Of a stretch of 64,000 bases of DNA, positions 1 to 13,519 are shown in pieces. This stretch comes from Tubulanus polymorphus (lineage: Eukaryota; Animalia; Nemertea). Within the stretch, counting starts at the first letter, position 1. Each line of letters starts with the position of its first letter. The stretch spans positions 7,166,914-7,230,913 of the forward strand of contig NC_134034.1 of the NCBI RefSeq assembly GCF_964204645.1, written 5' to 3'. The translations under genes were made by a program, and so were the position numbers. Under the pieces are notes generated by a model. The model made no database searches and was not told where the DNA came from. It saw nothing but the letters and a program-made list of their open reading frames with translations.

Positions 1-1248
1 ATTATCATTAGCAGTTTTAATTATATCATGCTGAATATTATCAGTTTTTATATTTTCTGAAGTATTGTAATATTTTATTTTAGAATCATTATTTAATTTA
101 ATATTCTTAGTTTTAGTTTCTGTTGATTCAATATGTTTTTTATTTTGTTTCACCTTCCATTAATTTTGGAGCAGCAATAATCTTTTTATTTATATCATTT
201 AATCCAAATGAATTATTAATTGTTGCAGATTTAATTAAATTATTATAACCAATTATGTTTCCGATCTTTAATACTAAATCATTAGAAATAATTAATAGAT
301 TAGGGCCTATACAATAATTTAGTCTAATATATGATTTATCTGAATAATTTTGATATGTTACAATGTTTTCTGGAATCGATCTATTTTTATCATTCTGAAT
401 GGAATCTTCAAATAATACTTTGAATTGTTTCTGCGCATCAAATGAAGTGTTATCATTTCCAACTATTGGTGATCTTGTTTCAACTTGCGCACCTAAAATA
501 CAAATTAAATAAGTTCTAATTGATTGATTTATTCTTTGTATTCCAGCTTTAGTAAAACCTTCAATATTTGATAAAACGAAATAAACCCAACCATTATTGT
601 TTTGTTGTTGTATATTATTATAATATTTTGGTAATTCATTCCAATTAAGTGTTCTTATATCTGAATTTGTCATTATTTTCCCAAATTCTTTAGTATATAA
701 TATTCCTAATCCACCCATTGTACCAATTTTTGATCTAAAATCATCATTTGAATTAATATTAAATTCATTACATATTTTATAAAACTTATAAAATTAATAT
801 TATTATTCAATTCTTTAAAATATTTTGAACCTGGTAAAGGACATTCTAATTCATCTAATATTAATTTTATTTGAAAATATGTATGAAATCTAAAAAGTGA
901 TAACATCAATGGTAAACTTGGTTTATTTAAATGATCATTCCAATTAATTCCACATCCTGTTGTTGCGCAATAAACAGCAAAATTTAATTGGTTCTGCCAA
1001 TACTTCCTATTAGATTTTAATAACCATTGTTTTGCCTCATTTAAATTTTCAAAATTAATTGTATACACATGAAATATATTTTCCATCTTAACATTAAAAT
1101 AATTAGTTTCATTAACATAAATATATAAATCAATTAATGAATTTAAAACTTCATTTCTATATGAAATATCTTTATTAAAATCTATTGCAGGAATATTATA
1201 TTTAATTGATTTATTATATTGGAAAGCTTTTGGAAAACTATCTACCAT
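1..1248 (-). pseudogene. Conserved Maverick protein of unknown function (WQNQLNFAVYCATTGCG motif), frameshifted
   Basis: ORFs 706-1248 and 140-718 are consecutive parts of one protein. The homologous copy at 24228-25552 ends in a hydrophobic C-terminal helix. Confidence 0.75.
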
Positions 1249-1264
1249 TTATATAATTAAAAAA

Positions 1265-1690
1265 TTAATAATTTATTAATTCTTTTAATAATTTATCTTG
1301 TTCTTCAACTGTTATATGGCCATTTAAACTTATTGTATAATCTAGTGTATTCTTTAATTTATTGATTTCTTTTATATTAGTTTTAATTTTTTCTTTATTA
1401 CTTTTTATATTTAATTTTGAACTTATACCAGTTAAAACACTTGAACTTAATCCTAATACACCAATTGATATAGCTAAAGGTGTTAATGGTGAAAATATTG
1501 CTAAAAATGTTATTACAGAACTAATTGTAACTGAACCACTGATAATAAAATATTATATAATTTTACTTTTTAAATATTTTTTCTTTTTTATCATTAAGTC
1601 ACTTTCAAATTCTAATATTTTTTTTTCTAAATATATTTTTAATTTAGTTTTATTTATATCATGAGGAATAATATCAATATTATCATCCAT
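1265..1690 (-). pseudogene. Small Maverick membrane protein (two hydrophobic helices), one internal stop
   Basis: Reads MDDNIDIIPHD...SKII*YFIISGSVTISSVITFLAIFSPLTPLAISIGVLGLSSSVLTGISSKL; homologue at 25546-26006. Confidence 0.65.
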
Positions 1691-1707
1691 TTATTTAGCA
1701 AAAAAAA

Positions 1708-2133
1708 TTACTTATTAGTAAATCTATATGCTACAAATATAACAATAACTGTTCCGCCTAAAATCCATATTATTTCATATTTCTGTTGTTTTTTACTTGG
1801 GGTATAATAATCTGATAATTTAGGTTTGTATAGATGTAATTTTTCTTTATTGGTTACCGCGTTATATAAACTCATTGCATCATCAACTGATTGAAAATCT
1901 CTATGTGAAATCTTCTGATCATATAATTCCTTGTTAATATAATCCATATAGTTTTGCCTCTTTTCTCTGTATTCTTCTGCAGCTTTATTATATTTCTCTA
2001 ATGCTTAGTTATATCTTTTGTGTTTTGTTAATGATCCATTTTTATCAATATGCTTAAATAAATAACCACAACCAGTAAATGCTAAAGCGTTAACAATTGC
2101 CGATCCTATAATAGTTATAATTGCAGAAGCCAT
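1708..2133 (-). pseudogene. Small Maverick protein (MASAIITIIGSAIVNALAFTG..., coiled coil, C-terminal TM), internal stop
   Basis: ATG in TAAATG context at 2133; ORF 1708-1947 is the C-terminal part; homologue at 26022-26345. Confidence 0.65.
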
Positions 2134-2149
2134 TTATTTAGTAAAATAA

Positions 2150-2380
2150 TTACGCATTTATATGGGAGGAATATATTTTTGTTTTTCTAAATAATCATTA
2201 GTTAAATTAGATAAAGTAACTGCTAATGTTAATTGTAAAATATCATTTATATCAAATCTATCAACATTAACACTTCCCATTTTAAAATACTTTTTTTAAT
2301 ACCATTGAATAACCAACAGTTGCAACTGATAGTAATGCTCCATTATATAATCCAGTTATTATCCACTTATTATCACTCAT
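2150..2380 (-). pseudogene. Small Maverick protein (MSDNKWITGLYNGALLSVATVGYSMVLKK...)
   Basis: Manual translation; homologue at 26362-26591; resembles the short conserved ORFs of invertebrate Mavericks. Confidence 0.55.
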
Positions 2381-2754
2381 TTATTTATCAAAAAAATAAC
2401 CATCTTCAAAATATTTAGTTATCTTAGTTATAATCATTTCAACATTTAGTTCATTACTACTTTTATGATTATCATATATTTTTGATAATATGTTTTTAAT
2501 ATCATCGATAATTCCATCTTCATTTAATTCATAATATTCTGAAGGCGTTTTAATAAATCAATTACTTATTATAATATTATTATTATAAAATATTTTATTA
2601 TAAAATTATTATAATTTTCTTTATTAATCATTGATGCATTGTTAAATGATTTACTTTTTATATCAGTGATTACATCATTTAGTTTAATTCTCATTTCTTT
2701 ACCATGTTTAACATCAAACCCAAAATATATACTCGGTCCGACAGTTATATTCAT
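2381..2754 (-). pseudogene. Maverick hypothetical protein, frameshifted
   Basis: N-terminus MNITVGPSIYFGFD is shared with the intact ORF 26592-26948. Confidence 0.55.
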
Positions 2755-2771
2755 TTATATAGTGAAAAAAA

Positions 2772-3530
2772 TTACTCTTTACATCTTATAACTAATTCAT
2801 AAATTACAGGAGAATTATTTAAATCAATTAAGTATCCATTGTGATTTCTAATTTCTAATCTATAATTATTAAAACGAGGAATGCATGGTTTGAAATCACA
2901 TTCTGTTAAATTATAATTCATTTGCGTTCCAAATTCTTTAACATTCTTCAATGGTAAAATGTTTAATAAACCAGAATTACAAGTTATATCTTTAGTTGCT
3001 TCGAATGTTTTTGTAGGATCGATTAAATTGCAATAAATATAAAAGTGTGTAAAAGGTATTAAGTTTGGTGTAGCATCAATATTTGTAAAAGATTTATCTG
3101 GAGGAATTCCTAACAGTTTAGCCATAGGTTTTTTTACCATAAATTTATGTTTTTCAATATCAGCCAACCTTATCTTTATTTTGTTAGAACTCTCACTTTT
3201 TAAAAATCTAATATCAAACCCGGAATTATTACCTGACTTGTGCCAGGCTTTTCTATTAATTTCTTGTGCCAATGTATCTAAATTATATAACCCCGGTTTT
3301 AAATATACATAGGCCCATTCATTTTTATTTTTATTAAAAATTAAAAAGGCCCTATGTTCAACAGCTTTATTCGATATATTGTAAAATGAGTTACATAAAC
3401 TTATATTTACTAATTTTAAATCTACACAATTTTTATATTCCCTATGTAATTGAACTAATAAATTATGTGATTTATAATTTGTAAGCCTTCTAGAATCAAC
3501 AAATATTCTGTATTCTTTTAATTCTACCAT
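2772..3530 (-). CDS. Maverick minor capsid protein (penton-like single jelly roll)
   Basis: 252-aa intact ORF with penton-type motifs (LVNISLCNSFYNI, PGLYNLDTL, YIYCNLI, IRNHNGYLIDLNNSPVIYEL). Confidence 0.75.
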   Translation of the reverse strand: MVELKEYRIFVDSRRLTNYKSHNLLVQLHREYKNCVDLKLVNISLCNSFYNISNKAVEHRAFLIFNKNKNEWAYVYLKPGLYNLDTLAQEINRKAWHKSGNNSGFDIRFLKSESSNKIKIRLADIEKHKFMVKKPMAKLLGIPPDKSFTNIDATPNLIPFTHFYIYCNLIDPTKTFEATKDITCNSGLLNILPLKNVKEFGTQMNYNLTECDFKPCIPRFNNYRLEIRNHNGYLIDLNNSPVIYELVIRCKE

Positions 3531-3547
3531 TTATTTTACATATTTTC

Positions 3548-3899
3548 TTATTCGAAATCTATTTCATGATGCCCTTTTTCATTCTTACCTTTGTATACGA
3601 AATAGAAATCTCCAGAACATAATTCTTCTAGATCTTCACTTGATAATCTATGAAATCTATCCGGTAAATATGTTCTGAATTTATATGCATTTCCTTTTAA
3701 TCCTTCATATTCTAAGTGTATAACTAATTTATCTCCATTTTTTAGTAACTGTAACAATATCTGTAATTAGATATTTCTTATGGATTGTTAATTCTTTTAA
3801 CTTCTTAAATTTATAATCTACTGATTTGACATTTGATGTATCTTCTTTTCTATCTAGAAATAATTTGTTGTTCTCACTGTGTGATTGTTTACTCTCCAT
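3548..3899 (-). pseudogene. Small conserved Maverick protein (FKKLKELTIHKKYLIT...YLPDRF), possibly OB-fold ssDNA-binding; frameshifted
   Basis: Directly downstream of pPolB; further copies at 27681-28035, 36630-36964 and ~40600-40810. The function is an inference. Confidence 0.55.
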
Positions 3900-3928
3900 T
3901 TATAATACATATTTTTATTAAAATTTGA

Positions 3929-6900
3929 TTAACACTTTAGAATTCTTTTCATAATCTCGTTCTCTTTTGTTTCTTCTCTTTTGAACTTTAGATATTCATC
4001 TAAATTACAACCATACGCGACTGTATGAATTCCATCATCTAAAATATATCTTTTATCATCAAATGGGTTTAGACTTATCTTCTCTATCTCTTCAATAAAC
4101 ATCTCATGTTTTTCAGATCTTAAACATCTCATTTTATGTTTTCTAACTTCTTCATTTAATATACAATTGATGTAATTCTTTTCTACTACACTTTTGGTTA
4201 TTCCTTTTAACTTTTTAGCTTCATGTTCTTTAGTTTTATATGCATACATTTTAGATCTAAATCCTATGAACTCTATCATTTCTTCACCACCTAATTCATC
4301 TTTGAATTTACCGGGTCGCTTTTTATTATCATTGCTAAACAATCCATGATTTTTAGGATAATTACTGAAATCAAAATGATGTTTTAATGTTTTTAAATCA
4401 TCAGTTATGTTATCAGTTTTTATCTTTAATATGTAACTGTCAGTATCAAAATATAAGATTTCTATATGTTTTTCTCCAAAATGAGGTTGTAATACATTAT
4501 AATAAAATTCATACATCAATAGCTTTGATATTTCTAAAACTGAAGCACCAACATAAATTGGTTTATTAAATTTCATAGATGTTCTTCTCATCTTAACTGC
4601 AGCTAGATTTTCATCAAATATTCCGTTACTTATAAATTTAGGATATGTTTGTAAATGCCTAATTCTTTTACCATTACTAACTAACTCAATATCATTTCTA
4701 TTTCTAATATTTTCACAAGTCTTACCATAGAATGCATTTTTAATTAGTTTGAAAAAATCTTACTCGAAATCAGTTTTAGCTTCAGTTCTCTGTTTGGTGT
4801 TAAAGTCTATATATTTTTCTAACCATTTAGATTGACTAAATGAAATATATCTATGTACTTTTTTTTAGAACCATTCCTTGATTCAAATAAAACTTCAACA
4901 TTCTATAATGTACTACATAATTATATTTATCTTCCTGAGTTACCATTAACTTTTCTGTATGAATATGATTTTCGGGTTTAATTTTTTTTGATTTTATAAT
5001 TCTTCATGTGTTACAGTTTTATGTTCTGGACAGTATGCTAGATTTCTAGATTTTAATTTTTTATCTTCAGGATATTCCAAGTCTACAACAAAAAAGTAAC
5101 CAGTATCTGAATCATCTGCAATATCTAGGATTCTTTTCTTCCAATCAAATTAATCATAATTTTCATGTTGTAAAACTTCACTTATTTCAAATACTCCATA
5201 AGGTTGTGGTTCCATCATTGCCCAACCATACACATTATTTGCATCTATATATATTAACTTATATCCAGGATTATCATTTACATTGAAATATCTATCGCCT
5301 AATACACCTGAAACTCCTCCTCTTATAGATTTTTCAAATAATAATAATTGATCTATATTTGTTAACAAATCCATTTTTATATCTGTAAATTTTAATCCAC
5401 AATCCCATGTTAAACCTGGACTAGAATAACAATGACAAGGATCAATATTGAAATATTTTAGGTTTACATCTCTAAACCTTTCAAATATATCACTTAATAA
5501 TAATAATACATCTGATTTTAAATATAAATCTACTAATTGTCCATGATTTTCTATTTTGAAATGATTCCAAATATTCAATGTTCTATCATATACTTTATCT
5601 TTAACATATTCATTTTTTAATTCATAACATTTATCTGCAAACTCAAATGCTTCTTTATCTTCTTCTGTCATTATAATTTCTATATTTGTATTCAATAATT
5701 TACTAAATCTTATTTCATATTCAATTAATAAGTCACAAAAATGATTGATAACATTTTCATTTCTATAATTATAATATTCACTTTCAATTAGTTCTGAATA
5801 ATCAGATTTAATATATAACCCGAAAGCAGCAGCTGATTGATGAATCTTTTTAATTGTATTTGTTTTTGGTGGTTCATCTGAAAAATCATTTTCATTAGAA
5901 TTTAATTTCTTTCTTTTATAATATATTTCTTTTCTATCTTGATCAGTTAATTCTTTATTTAATGATTCAAAATCTCCATATATAACAAATGGTACTTTAT
6001 TTTTGTAATCATTTTTTTTGAGTTCTAATATTTTATCTTTTTCATTTGGTAAAACTAATTTACAATAATCATGATTTTCACATAATTGTTTATGATTTGA
6101 TAATGTACTTTCATTACTGAATCTATGTAAACATTTTCTACAAAGATATATTTTATGGTGATCCTTTTCTGATTTAAAAAATAAATCGATTTGTTTAATC
6201 CACATATAATGATTTTCATAATATAGTATATCTATAACATTATTTGAATCATAATCTTTTGATAGGTATAAAGGTTCTAATGTATAATGTTTTATATTGT
6301 TACCTTTTGTATTTGGCAATTTGATTAAATCACATACATTTATTCTTAAATTATAAATCTACTAATTGTCCATGATTTTCTATTTTGAAATGATTCCAAA
6401 TATTCAATGTTCTATCATATACTTTATCTTTAACATATTCATTTTTTAATTCATCATAGAATTGTTCTTTAAATAATTCAGTTATATTGAAATCATCATG
6501 TGATTTATAAAATGAATATGGAATTGCTCCTTTATATCTCATTAATTGAAAATCATCATTATTTGGATAGTGTTGCTTTAATATCTTTAATTCATCATCA
6601 ACTAATGATTTTGATAAGTTATCTAATGAACTACCTAAAAATCTATATGAATCTATAAATCTTAGGCAACCAAATTGGAATGATATATAATTCTCAGATG
6701 TTTTAGCTAACATTTTATATTTATAAGTTGGTATTTTATCTTTTGATCTATTTGAATTTAATCTTTCTATTTCATTATTGATTTCTTCTATTTTATTACA
6801 TATCTTTTTGATAAATAAATGTGCATCATATCCTGATAGATTATGAAATATAACTGGTACAAAGTTAATTTACTTAGCTGGTAAGTTACAATTCTCATGC

Positions 6901-9900
6901 GCTGCACCTCTAAACTTTCCATTCAAATGATCATGGTCTCTTACTTTTTTTTTAAAATCTTTATAATAAAATATCTTTTCACAATAATAACATTTATCTG
7001 CAAACTCAAATGCTTCTTTATCTTCTTCTGTCATTATAATTTCTATATTTGTATTCAATAATTTACTAAATCTTATTTCATATTCAATTAATAAGTCACA
7101 AAAATGATTGATAACATTTTCATTTCTGTAATTATAATATTCACTTTCAATTAGTTCTGAATAATCAGATTTAATATATAACCCGAAAGCAGCAGCTGAT
7201 TGATAAATCTTTTTAATTGTATTTGTTTTTGGTGGTTCATCTGAAAAATCATTTTCATTAGAATTTAATTTCTTTCTTTTATAATATATTTCTTTTCTAT
7301 CTTGATCAGTTAATTCTTTATTTAATGATTCAAAATCTCCATATATAACAAATAGAACTTTATTTTTGTAATCATATTTTTTGAATTCTAATATTTTATC
7401 TTTTTCATTTGGTAAAACTAATTTACAATAATCATGATTTTCACATAATTGTTTATGATTTGATAATGTACTTTCATTACTGAATCTATGTAAACATTTT
7501 CTACAAAGATATATTTTATGGTGATCCTTTTCTGATTTAAAAAATAAATCGATTTGTTTAATCCACATATAATGATTTTCATAATATAGTATATCTATAA
7601 CATTATTTGAATCATAATCTTTTGATAGGTATAAAGGTTCTAATGTATAATGTTTTATATTGTTACCTTTTGTATTTGGCAATTTGATTAAATCAAATAC
7701 ATTTATTCTTAAATTATAAATCTACTAATTGTCCATGATTTTCTATTTTGAAATGATTCCAAATATTCAATGTTCTATCATATACTTTATCTTTAACATA
7801 TTCATTTTTTAATTCATCATAGAATTGTTCTTTAAATAATTCAGTTATATTGAAATCATCATGTGATTTATAAAATGAATATGGAATTGCTCCTTTATAT
7901 CTCATTAATTGAAAATCATCATTATTTGGATAGTGTTGCTTTAATATCTTTAATTCATCATCAACTAATGATTTTGATAAGTTATCTAATGAACTACCTA
8001 AAAATCTATATGAATCTATAAATCTTAGGCAACCAAATTGGAATGATATATAATTCTCAGATGTTTTAGCTAACATTTTATATTTATAAGTTGGTATTTT
8101 ATCTTTTGATCTATTAGAATTTAATCTTTCTATTTCATTATTGATTTCTTCTATTTTATTACATATCTTTTTGATAAATAAATTTGCATCATATCCTGAT
8201 AGATTATGAAATATAACTGGTACAAAGTTAATTTACTTAGCTGGTAAGTTACAATTCTCATGCGCTGCACCTCTAAACTTTCCATTCAAATGATCATGGT
8301 CTCTTACTTTTTTTTTAAAATCTTTATAATAAAATATCTTTTCACAATAATAACATTTATCTGCAAACTCAAATGCTTCTTTATCTTCTTCTGTCATTAT
8401 AATTTCTATATTTGTATTCAATAATTTACTAAATCTTATTTCATATTCAATTAATAAGTCACAAAAATGATTGATAACATTTTCATTTCTATAATTATAA
8501 TATTCACTTTCAATTAGTTCTGAATAATCAGATTTGATATATAACCCGAAAGCAGCAGCTGATTGATAAATCTTTTTAATTGTATTTGTTTTTGGTGGTT
8601 CATCTGAAAAATCATTTTCATTAGAATTTAATTTCTTTCTTTTATAATATATTTCTTTTCTATCTTGATCAGTTAATTCTTTATTTAATGATTCAAAATC
8701 TCCATATATAACAAATAGTACTTTATTTTTGTAATCATATTTTTTGAATTCTAATATTTTATCTTTTTCATTTGGTAAAACTAATTTACAATAATCATGA
8801 TTTTCACATAATTGTTTATGATTTGATAATGTACTTTCATTACTGAATCTCTGTAAACATTTTCTACAAAGATATATTTTATGGTGATCCTTTTCTGATT
8901 TAAAAAATAAATCGATTTGTTTAATCCACATATAATGATTTTCATAATATAGTATATCTATAACATTATTTGAATCATAATCTTTTGATAGGTGTAAAGG
9001 TTCTAATGTATAATGTTTTATATTGTTACCTTTTGTATTTGGCAATTTGATTAAATCAAATACATTTATTCTTAAATTATTATCTCTTTCTATTTTTGGG
9101 ATATTTTTAATTCTAACAGGATAATTATATATCTTATAATTATTTTCAAATGGTTTATAATGTGTTAATCTAAAACTATGTGTAATATCATCTGTTGGAT
9201 GTAAGCAATTTATAATTGTCCATAGAAAACATTTATCATCAAAATTTTGTACATTTATTACAGCATTAGTTTTAAATGGTAGTTTAATATAACTCGATGC
9301 TTCAATATCTGGTTCTTTATAATATGATACATTATTTTCATCTATTGGTTTTGATTTAGTTAACTTATTATATTTTGTGTTATAAACATGTAAAGTCATA
9401 AATATTATTTCATCAAATATTAAACCTGATCCTTCAAAATATTTCTCTTCTATTTTAGTTTTTACTTCATTATAACATTTATCTAATTTTTCATCTATAT
9501 GTTGTTTAGATATAATATGTTGTGAATGAGAATTTATATTATATATTGGTTTATCTTCAGATTTTATAAATTTAACTTTAGTAGATATACTAATTTTAGG
9601 GTATTCAACATCTGTAATTATTTTTATAATATTTTTCAATTTTTCTAAATGTTTTTTATTTTCTTCTAATGTTTTTCCTTTATGAAATTTAAACTCAATA
9701 GCTCTTGGACCAATATCACTTTTAAATGCTTCGGTTATCTCTATATCTTTTTTATTATCTAATGAATTAATATAATTTTTTACATCTTCCATATATGGTC
9801 TGTTATTGTTTAATTTATTTCTTATTCTTTTAATTGTCTTATGTTTCTTATCATTGTCATTATCAAAATAATCCTCACCTAAAATATCATTATTCATATT

Positions 9901-10152
9901 TCTAATATGACTTTTAGATTTTAAATGTTCATTATAATATCTTTTATCACTGAATGATTGATTACATGTATCACATTTGTATGTTTCTTTTTCATTCTTT
10001 AATTCATCTAATTTAGTTTCTAATATATCATCTTCATATTCTCATTTCAATTTATTCTCTAAATATGTTTTAGTTTTATTGTGTCTTGATTTTTTGGATT
10101 TATCTATATTGATTCTACATGTTGAACAGTAGTACTTCTTATTTGCTTCCAT
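3929..10152 (-). pseudogene. Protein-primed family B DNA polymerase (pPolB) with N-terminal zinc fingers and EndoVII-like insert; disrupted
   Basis: Motifs YGDFES (exo I), HNLSGYDA, RFIDSYRF, IRGGVS, YIDANNVYGWAM (pol A), YGKT, YFDTDS (pol C), KKLKGI; VRDHDHLNGKFRGAAHENCNL insert. Broken by stops, frameshifts and an internal triplication. Confidence 0.95.
5523..9077. repeat. Tandem triplication of a 1363-bp pPolB segment (first copy has an ~534-bp in-frame deletion)
   Basis: Near-identical ORF pieces recur at a constant offset of 1363 (6351/7714, 6870/8233, 6319/7682). Confidence 0.93.
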
Positions 10153-10169
10153 TTTAATACTAAATTTTT

Positions 10170-10610
10170 TTTAAAATTGATTTTAGAAGTTCAATGATTT
10201 AAATATGAATTATTTCAATCACACTTTACTAACACGTTTAATGTTTAAAAATCTAACTCATACAAATACAAATATTGAAATATGTTTAAAATATATCTAT
10301 ATATCTATTCTATAAGAGCTCGTACTCTCGTACTCTGGCTTAAAAGCCTACCTTTCTAATTACTTATATATGTTATTCATTTATATTTTATTCATGTGTA
10401 TGATTATTTTAAGAGTAATAGGGGTAATGGGCTTTCATATCAAAGGTTGAGAGGTTGAGAAATTTTCCAAATGGTAAAAATAATAATAATTTCTACTTGA
10501 ATTAGGAGTGTACGCGACTAATTCAAGTAGAAATTGTTGTTATTTTCACATTTGGAAAATTTCTCGACCTTTCGACCTTTGGTATGAAAGCCCATTACCC
10601 CTATTACTAT
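10170..10610. repeat. Right TIR of Maverick A, with terminal hairpin 10414-10608
   Basis: 10170-10280 is the reverse complement of ~12400-12510. Arms AGTAATAGGGGTAATGGGCTTTCA...TGAAAGCCCATTACCCCTATTACT around the loop GAGTGTACGCGA. Confidence 0.85.
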
Positions 10611-10910
10611 CGTCGCTGCAATCGCAGGGAATGGCGTCGCAGTGAGTCACAAGCCGTAGCAAGGCCGACCTTCACCCGGCTTAAGTCATTAAAAATCAAT
10701 GAAACACCAGTTTCATTTATGATAAAAAAACTCAAATGAAAAAAGTCTGGCTTATAAAGCTGTCTGCTCAGACGAAATTTTCAAAAAAATCTTCATTTTT
10801 GGCAATAAAATAGATAATTGTGATTGATCGTTGCAAGTCACAACCAGTTCATCACAAATTAACTTGCATTTTAATAAATCTGATTCCTCCTTTACAGTGA
10901 ATTTAGCTTT

Positions 10911-11910
10911 AACCTAGTAGAGGCTACTAGCCTATGTAGGCCTATGTATATGCGTAGGCCTAACATCCGGACAGATTGGTCGTAGGCCTATTGAATAACA
11001 ACCCTCCTAAATATCATAAATGTTGTTTTGAAGTTCAATCCAATGAGTCCGTTAATAACCGCAACATTTATACTGTGTTTGTTTGGGACAGTAAAGGTCA
11101 GTACCGGTAGGCCTAGCCTTAAGGTCGCGTAAAACTCGTTAAACACTTCAAGCGACACAGCGAATGATCTCCTTTCCCCCACAGCGAACGCTTACTCCGA
11201 ATGTCAAGTGTGAGTCCAGCATACGGATGGGAGTGTGTTATATACTTGTATTTAGTAAAAACCGTGTGCATTTGACAATGATCGGTATGTACTGTAGGAA
11301 ATATAGAGTATTGATGGTATTAATATAGAGGTTGAAGCCCGCGGCCGAATAAAGTAATATATTCTTTTATTTTGATACCTCGTCGACATAACAGCTTTTC
11401 TCCGCTATATCTCTTCGGCGTGTTTAGTTTAGGCCTACGACTCCCCGGTACACTAAAGATTTATTTTAGTAAATACACGGTTAATTCGGTAAAGAAAAAT
11501 AGGTATTGTTAAACTAACTCCTTGAAACCCACAGCCAAATCACTGGTAGTAATAAATTAATTTGTACTCGATTTGATTCTCATGATGAGGAGAAACTCGC
11601 AGCTGATCCCCGGAATGACGATGTAGTGACACACGTCGATTCGTCGATGTTTACGGCTCGAAAGTGCTTTTAAAATCTAAAGTAGTAAATTTCCAGTGTA
11701 TCGGTAATATGATTTGATGAGGAAAATGGGCTATTGTTAAAATTTTGAAGACCTCGGCTGAATGTGAAGTCCGCAGCAATAAATTAGTACATTTATACTT
11801 GAATTGATAATCGAAGTGACTATCGGCCTGCGGGTTGATTTCGGGATGACGACTCGAAAAACATGTCGCCCCATTGAATGGGGCTAAATTTTCGATGTTT
11901 ACGGTCCGAC
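10911..11910. repeat. ~1-kb host interspersed repeat; inverted copy at ~17450-18450
   Basis: Continuous reverse-complement match (e.g. CCCCATTGAATGGGGCTAAATTTTCGATGTTTACGG) with scattered substitutions. Confidence 0.88.
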
Positions 11911-12512
11911 AGTAGTAATAGGGGTAATGGGCTTTCAAGCCAAAGGTCGAACGGTCGAGCTCATTAAAAAACAAAACATTAAAAGTAATTTAAAACTATA
12001 ATATATTTTCATAACCGTGTGTATTTTATATTATAACTAAATATTTATTCTAAGATATCAATAATTTAAAATTTAAAAAGCATATTGTATTAAATCAATT
12101 GGTCGCTCCACTTCGCTACCGCTCCGCTCCACGACCAATTGATTTATTTACAATACACAAATTCATATAATCAAATATATTTTAATAATAATAATAATTA
12201 TTCTATTATTCAACTGAAGTACACACGGTTATGAAAATATATTATAGTTTTAAATTACTTTTAATATTTGTTTTTAATGAACTCGACCATTCAACCTTTA
12301 ACCTGAAAGCCCATTACCCCTATTACTCTTAAAGTAATCATATTCATGAATAACATTTAAATTGACAGATTATTCAATATAAAAGTATATATTTACAACA
12401 TTATTTCAATATTCATATTTGTATGAGTTAGATTTTTAAACATTAAAAGTGTTAGTAAAGTGTGATTGAAATAATACATGATATAAATCATTGAACTTCT
12501 AAAATCAATTTA
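11911..12512. repeat. Left TIR of Maverick B with long terminal hairpin 11914-12327
   Basis: ~110-bp outer arms plus inner stem AAATCAATTGGTCG...CGACCAATTGATTT. 12120-12512 is nearly identical in reverse complement to 32030-32417. Confidence 0.88.
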
Positions 12513-12533
12513 GTAAAAAAATATGTATAATAA

Positions 12534-13214
12534 ATGGAATCAGAACAACCACAAACTATCAATATTACAAATAACACTGGTGTTATGAATATATACTACA
12601 AGAAGTGTTCTAAATGTGAATTAGATAAATTAGCTTTAACAGAATTTAGTAAGCGTAAGATTAGCAAAGATAGTTTTCAATATTGCTGTAAAACTTGTAC
12701 TAAACTATATACCAAACAATATCGAGAAGATAATAGAGAAGCTTACAATGATTATATGACAGAATATATGAGAGAAAGATATAAAACAGATCATAATTTT
12801 AGATTGAAACAATGCTTAACATCTAGATTAACACAATTATTCAACAAAGAAACACATTCAGAAACATTCAGATCTAATTTGTTGGGTTGTTCAGATGAAT
12901 TTCTCAAATCATGGATTATATTTCAATTCGATGATAAAATGAATACAGATAATTATGGGGATTATCACCATATTAATCACGTGTTACCAATATCTAAATT
13001 TAACATGAATGATGAATACAATAAAAAACTTATTTGGAATTGGAAAAATTTAAGACCTTTAGAAAAGAAGGAAAACATAATTAAATCCAATAAACTAGAT
13101 TTACAGTTATATTCAGAACAGTTAACAAAGGCAATGAAATTTATTGATCAATGGAACAATGATCCAAATAATGAACAATACGTTGAGGAATTTGATATCA
13201 AGGATCCGAAATGA
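12534..13214 (+). CDS. HNH-family endonuclease of the giant-virus/phage type, with N-terminal CxxC...CxxC zinc ribbon
   Basis: Motifs CSKC...CKTC, LLGCSDEFLKSWI, NYGDYHHINHVLPISKF...NWKNLRPLEKKENIIKSNK (HIDH in copy D). Confidence 0.75.
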   Translation: MESEQPQTINITNNTGVMNIYYKKCSKCELDKLALTEFSKRKISKDSFQYCCKTCTKLYTKQYREDNREAYNDYMTEYMRERYKTDHNFRLKQCLTSRLTQLFNKETHSETFRSNLLGCSDEFLKSWIIFQFDDKMNTDNYGDYHHINHVLPISKFNMNDEYNKKLIWNWKNLRPLEKKENIIKSNKLDLQLYSEQLTKAMKFIDQWNNDPNNEQYVEEFDIKDPK

Positions 13215-13519
13215 CTTATCTGGACAGTTATAATTACTGCTCCTAAAAGATAGACAATAGTAGTGAGATATCAAATAGAATTTAAATAAAATATAATAAA
13301 AAAACAATAACTCCAATTAGCTAGTGAATTCTATTATATTTTTAATATTTTCTTTTCAAAAAGAGAATACTTTATATTTTGAATAGATTCAAATAAAAAA
13401 AGTCTTTAAATTCAAATAGCTAGTATCAGTAGTCAATACTAGAATTCTTTAGCTTTAACTAGCTAGTATCATTTGAAGAATACTTATAATATTTTTTTTG
13501 CTTTTTTTCTCTAATATAA

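Larger units (their letters stand above)
1..10610 (-). mobile_element. Maverick/Polinton element A, right arm (continues beyond the window start); decayed
   Basis: Co-oriented minus-strand cluster of pPolB, minor capsid and conserved small Maverick ORFs, ending in a TIR/terminal hairpin at 10170-10610. Gene order is the same as in 24228-32417. Confidence 0.92.

Noticed and set aside
10611-11910. 6-bp TSDs for the Maverick copies
   Set aside because: Flanks CGTCGC (10611), TCCGAC (11905) and TGTGTT/GTGTTA (37180) do not match one another, and partner ends are missing or truncated.
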